From: the human T2T-CHM13v2.0 reference genome, Homo sapiens
Strand: one strand, 5' to 3'
Assembly (NCBI RefSeq): GCF_009914755.1
Contig: NC_060931.1
DNA: 64,000 bases
Within the stretch, counting starts at the first letter, position 1. Every line of letters begins with the position of its first letter. Below, piece by piece: positions 59,863 to 64,000 of the stretch. The notes under the pieces are model-generated. The model searched no databases, was not told where the DNA came from, and saw only the letters and a list, made by a program, of their open reading frames with translations. A program made the position numbers and the translations under genes.

Positions 59863-62800
59863 CTGCAGGCAGAAGACATTTTTTAAAAAATAATATTTTG
59901 ATATTAGGGCAATATATCATTAAATAAATTAAGGAGAACAAAGAATGATATCTCCTTTATGACCTCAAAAACCACAGCATAGAAAGAAACTTCTACAACT
60001 TGGGTATGACCTGAAGAATTCCTAAGAGTTATAGAGAAAAATGGAGATTATATGAGTCATATTTCTTTTTAGATAAAATAAAGAAATCATGGGATAAAAT
60101 CATGTTGTCATAATTCCAATTTACCAAAAGAACCACCTAATGATGTCTTTTTTTAAAAGGAATCTAAATTCCACAACATATTTGGCTCCAAGGGTTTCAG
60201 ATAAGTGGACTGTGAAACTAACTATATTTTAATTTTAAAGTTTTATTTTTTAAGAAAAGATAATTATACCTTAAAGAAGTAAAATACATATTTTAACTAA
60301 GTAAAAGCTGATTAAATATAAAAGAAATATATAATACAAAATGGTAGAAACATGATTAAACAGATAAAATCAGCACAACTGGCCAAAAGTGAATTTTTCT
60401 TTGCACGGAGAATATCAAGAATAAAAACTCAAAGAGGAAGAAATTGTAAAAATCACATTCTTACCAAAAATGAGTCTTTACTAAATGTCCAGTATAAAAG
60501 CTACAGGCTTTTATCATCAATTCCGGAGTCATCTAAAGTAAATAAATAATTGAAATAACAAATATTAGAAATAAATGGAATGCACAGACTACCTCTGCAA
60601 GATACTCAAGAAAAAGAGAGCAATGGATGCCAAGAGGGAAGGGAATTGGGCAGTTGGAGACAGGAATGGGCTGAAAGAACTATATACTATTTATGTTTTG
60701 GAATTTTGTGTATGTCTGTAAGCTATTTTTTTAAGTTAAAATAACAGCTTAATATATTTTCCCATTATATCTCACTTAGTTTGAAGAGTTAAGCATCATG
60801 GCATTGTTATGATAAGCTATATTTATAATAGTATAGAATTGCAGTTCTGCTGTTCACTATTAAAACAGAATGATTTTCTGAATCATTCTGAATCAAACAG
60901 AATGATTTTTTCAAGGATATAAACTGAGATTCTCTTTTCAACATAGAGGAATTCCTCATTTACCAAGCAGGAATAGGAAAACCACATAAATGAAAAGTCT
61001 AAACTGTGGAATATGCTTAAAGAGATGCAAATTTATCACTTACAACTATTCACAATAACATGTGGCAACAGCTAACTGAAATCATCTATACCTTCTGTGC
61101 ATTCTTTAATAAGTAAAGATATTATTATATTAACATAAGTATTATATGCACATGGCTACTGTTAAGTGTTAATGGTGTTTTCCTCTTATTTTGTTGCCCC
61201 TTTGCTTACTATATAGATATACAAACATATGGTCACATCTATTTGGTGTATAGGTAAGTTTGGTTCAAATCTATACCAACAGCCAGGAATTCTGAATTCT
61301 ACTTTTCTAAGGCAAATGTTTTCTCCTTTGCACATTGCTGTAAATACTTTGTTAAATTAACAGATATGGCATACACATGTTCATCATAGATTTATTTTAG
61401 GCATACAAGAAAGGCCCATAGGACCCCCGACATGTGAAAATCCTCACTTTTGATGGAGATTAAATGCAAATTATGCCTACAGTGAGGGACAACATAAACG
61501 ATTCAAGTCATTCTTCACTAAATTCAGATTTTTATAGAAGAAAGGAATCCAGATGAGTAAAGGAGTATTGAGGATATTACAGCAGGCAGAATAAAAACCA
61601 AGAAGGGGATGAGGTGGCAAAGGCAGACAAATTTCACTAACATTACAATTTTTCAGTACTGTTGTAGGTCCCTAAATTTCATGAGCTTGATTCTTTTTAG
61701 ATGATATTACCTGAAAAGTCCTAAATAAATAACTACAGTAAATGATATGTCATAAAAATATGAGTATATTATATGACCAAATGAATGTAGTTCAAAACAT
61801 TATAGTAATAATGATTTTGAAAAGAATTATTAAAATTCAGCAAATACCATTTGAACTCAAGTTTTCTTTTCTGATGATCAACTCTTTAAAACAGCATAAA
61901 AGCATTTTCTATTCTATTATTGAAAGAAGTAATTTAAATCCTCATTAATTCATGATTTATAATACACCAGAATTTTTGTTGTTCTAATATTCATTTTTTA
62001 AGAGTTTCTCTTCATAAATTTTTATTTTAACTTTACATTTATTGTTCTCCCAGTTTGCAAGGGAGGGAGGGAGCGAGGGAGCGAGGGAGGGGAAAGGAAG
62101 GAAAGAGAGAAAGAAACAAACTCACAATTTTTCATTATTATTATTATTGGTATATATTCTTTTCTTCACAGGGAAAAGCAAGTTTAAGAGAGCATCTCCA
62201 AGGGACTAATATGCAAGAGGACTCCAGCCCAGTAATGCCCCATTCCCCACTTAGGGGTGGGCATGTGTTGACTTCACTGCAGCTCCAAGGAATCTCTGGC
62301 CAATCCAATCACTGGGCACATGTCTGGACCACTTAGTCACATGGCTTCACTTCCTCCATTTATGTTTCCACCATCCACACTCCAGCCAATGGCTTCCCAC
62401 CCTTCACAGTCGCTGCATATTGTTTAACTGCTTCTGACTGAAAAATATTCTTCCTCTCACCTTTTAATTCCAGCTGGCAGTGTTTTGCACAGAGTAGGAG
62501 CTCAACAAATATATATGTATTGATCCATCAACAGAATTAGAAAACTGCTTAAATGCAAGCCAATTCTCCACCATCTGACTACCACAAATGGAGGGCAAAG
62601 GATTCTGGTAACAACTTTGTGGGCAAGTCAGTGGATAAACAGCAAGTTAGTGCTGGCTACAGATGGCCTCAGAGTACCCTCACATAACACTCACACCACT
62701 AGTGCTGCTATCCCCAGACACCCGTAGTTACAAACAAAGTGAGGGAGGAATGGACAGTGCATCACAATACGATTTCTAAGAGTCCAGGTACACTGAAAGG

Positions 62801-63859
62801 TTAATTTCTAGTCTGGAAATAAAAGAAAAAATTCTACCATAAGAGATGATTTTTAAAGTTAAAGAGTGGGAATGTGTAAATAAATAATGAATTCGTTGCG
62901 AAAGATTTTTCATAGTATTAAGTTAGGGTTTAACACTACTTTTTTAGGCCAGTGGCCTACAAGAAGCCAGTTGGAATCAACTGCAAAACTTGTAAACTAC
63001 CCAGGCTCACTTCCCAAGATTCCTTAGCCCTCCACTCTTACCCTCTCTAGGAATTACTGCTGTGATTAGTCACTATTATGACTGAGAGTATGTCTTATTC
63101 CTCATGTACACTGGGGACAGAAGAATGTTAAGTCCCAAATTTTAAGCTGAGTTCCAGCAGCATACAATAGCACACACACTAGTTTCAAGGAAACATGTTT
63201 TTATAGATTAGGAGAGAAAAAGAAGTGAAATATAAAACTGATTTCTTTTTGAAAAGATATTATATGTAGCATGATTACAACCCAGTCCTAAAAAAATAGC
63301 TTATAAAAAAATTTCATTCCTCTGCCAGGGTTGGAGGAAAATAAGATTTAAAATTTCAAACTTACAGAGAAATAAAATAAACACCTAATACCCACAATCC
63401 ATGTTTAACATTGTCAACATTCTGCCATACTTGCTTTTTCTATTTTAAAGTATATAAATTAAGACATCATGACATTTCATCCCCCAAATCTCATAACATC
63501 CATCTCTTAAAAAATGAGTACCTTTTCTTTGCAACCACAATTCCATTATCCTGCCTTAGACACTTAATAGTAATTGCTTAATATCATTGTACCCATGCCA
63601 TAGCCAACTCTCTGGAATTGGCCTCCAAATGTCTTACACGGTTTGTTCAAACTAGAATCCAGACAAGGACCATATATTTGCATTGCAAACTCAGTTGATG
63701 CGAGGATTTCAATAGCTACAGAAAAAAAGTTTTAGTTTTTCCTTCTCCTTTTCTATATTTTCAACATTTAATGAGTATGAGGTGTGGAGGTGGGATAACA
63801 TTGGCCTAAATCTAATGGATTCTGTTACCTGGGCCTGTCTAATATTACATTCTAAAAGT

Positions 63860-64000
63860 CAGCCAGGCATGGTGGCTCACACTTGCAATCCCAAAACGTT
63901 GGATGGCTGAGGTGGGAGGATCCCTCGAGCTCACGACTTAAAGAGTAGCCTCGGCAACATAGTGAGACCTTGTCTCTGCTAAAAATAAAAAATTAGCGGG
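63860..64000 (+). mobile_element. AluJ left arm, cut by the window end
   Basis: Diverged Alu motifs. Confidence 0.85.

Noticed and set aside
59625-59879. ORF-track protein MSSACSTWRD... as a standalone gene
   Set aside because: It is an FBXL13 internal exon with intronic extensions; splice boundaries lie at 59862 and 59714.
59880-63850. Search for the upstream FBXL13 exon (recalled MTPELMIKACSF...)
   Set aside because: Not found by eye; it probably lies beyond the window end.

Overview
Human-like (primate) genomic DNA, more than half of it transposon-derived. It is not prokaryotic, and most of the ORF track is Alu/L1 noise. Three spliced coding exons of FBXL13 (DRC6, F-box/LRR protein) lie on the minus strand at 59862-59714, 58672-58563 and 56344-56177; positions 1-56176 appear to be one large FBXL13 intron. 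Antisense inside that intron is an internally deleted class I ERV with a tRNA-Phe PBS (HERV-F/HERVH48 type, 4305-9823). Its 5' LTR, leader and gag can be spliced into a CUG-initiated 179-codon ORF that I recognise from memory as NFE4 (NF-E4, reported fetal globin regulator). The whole ORF is retroviral sequence: U5, PBS and leader plus an alternative frame over the nucleocapsid zinc knuckles. Comparing the two LTRs exposes candidate ORF-enabling mutations. The window also has a HERV-L remnant, several solo LTRs, a full-length L1PA with an intact antisense ORF0 nested in an older L1 whose 5' UTR carries an inverted duplication, and about 30 Alus. Gene and subfamily names come from recall, not database searches.
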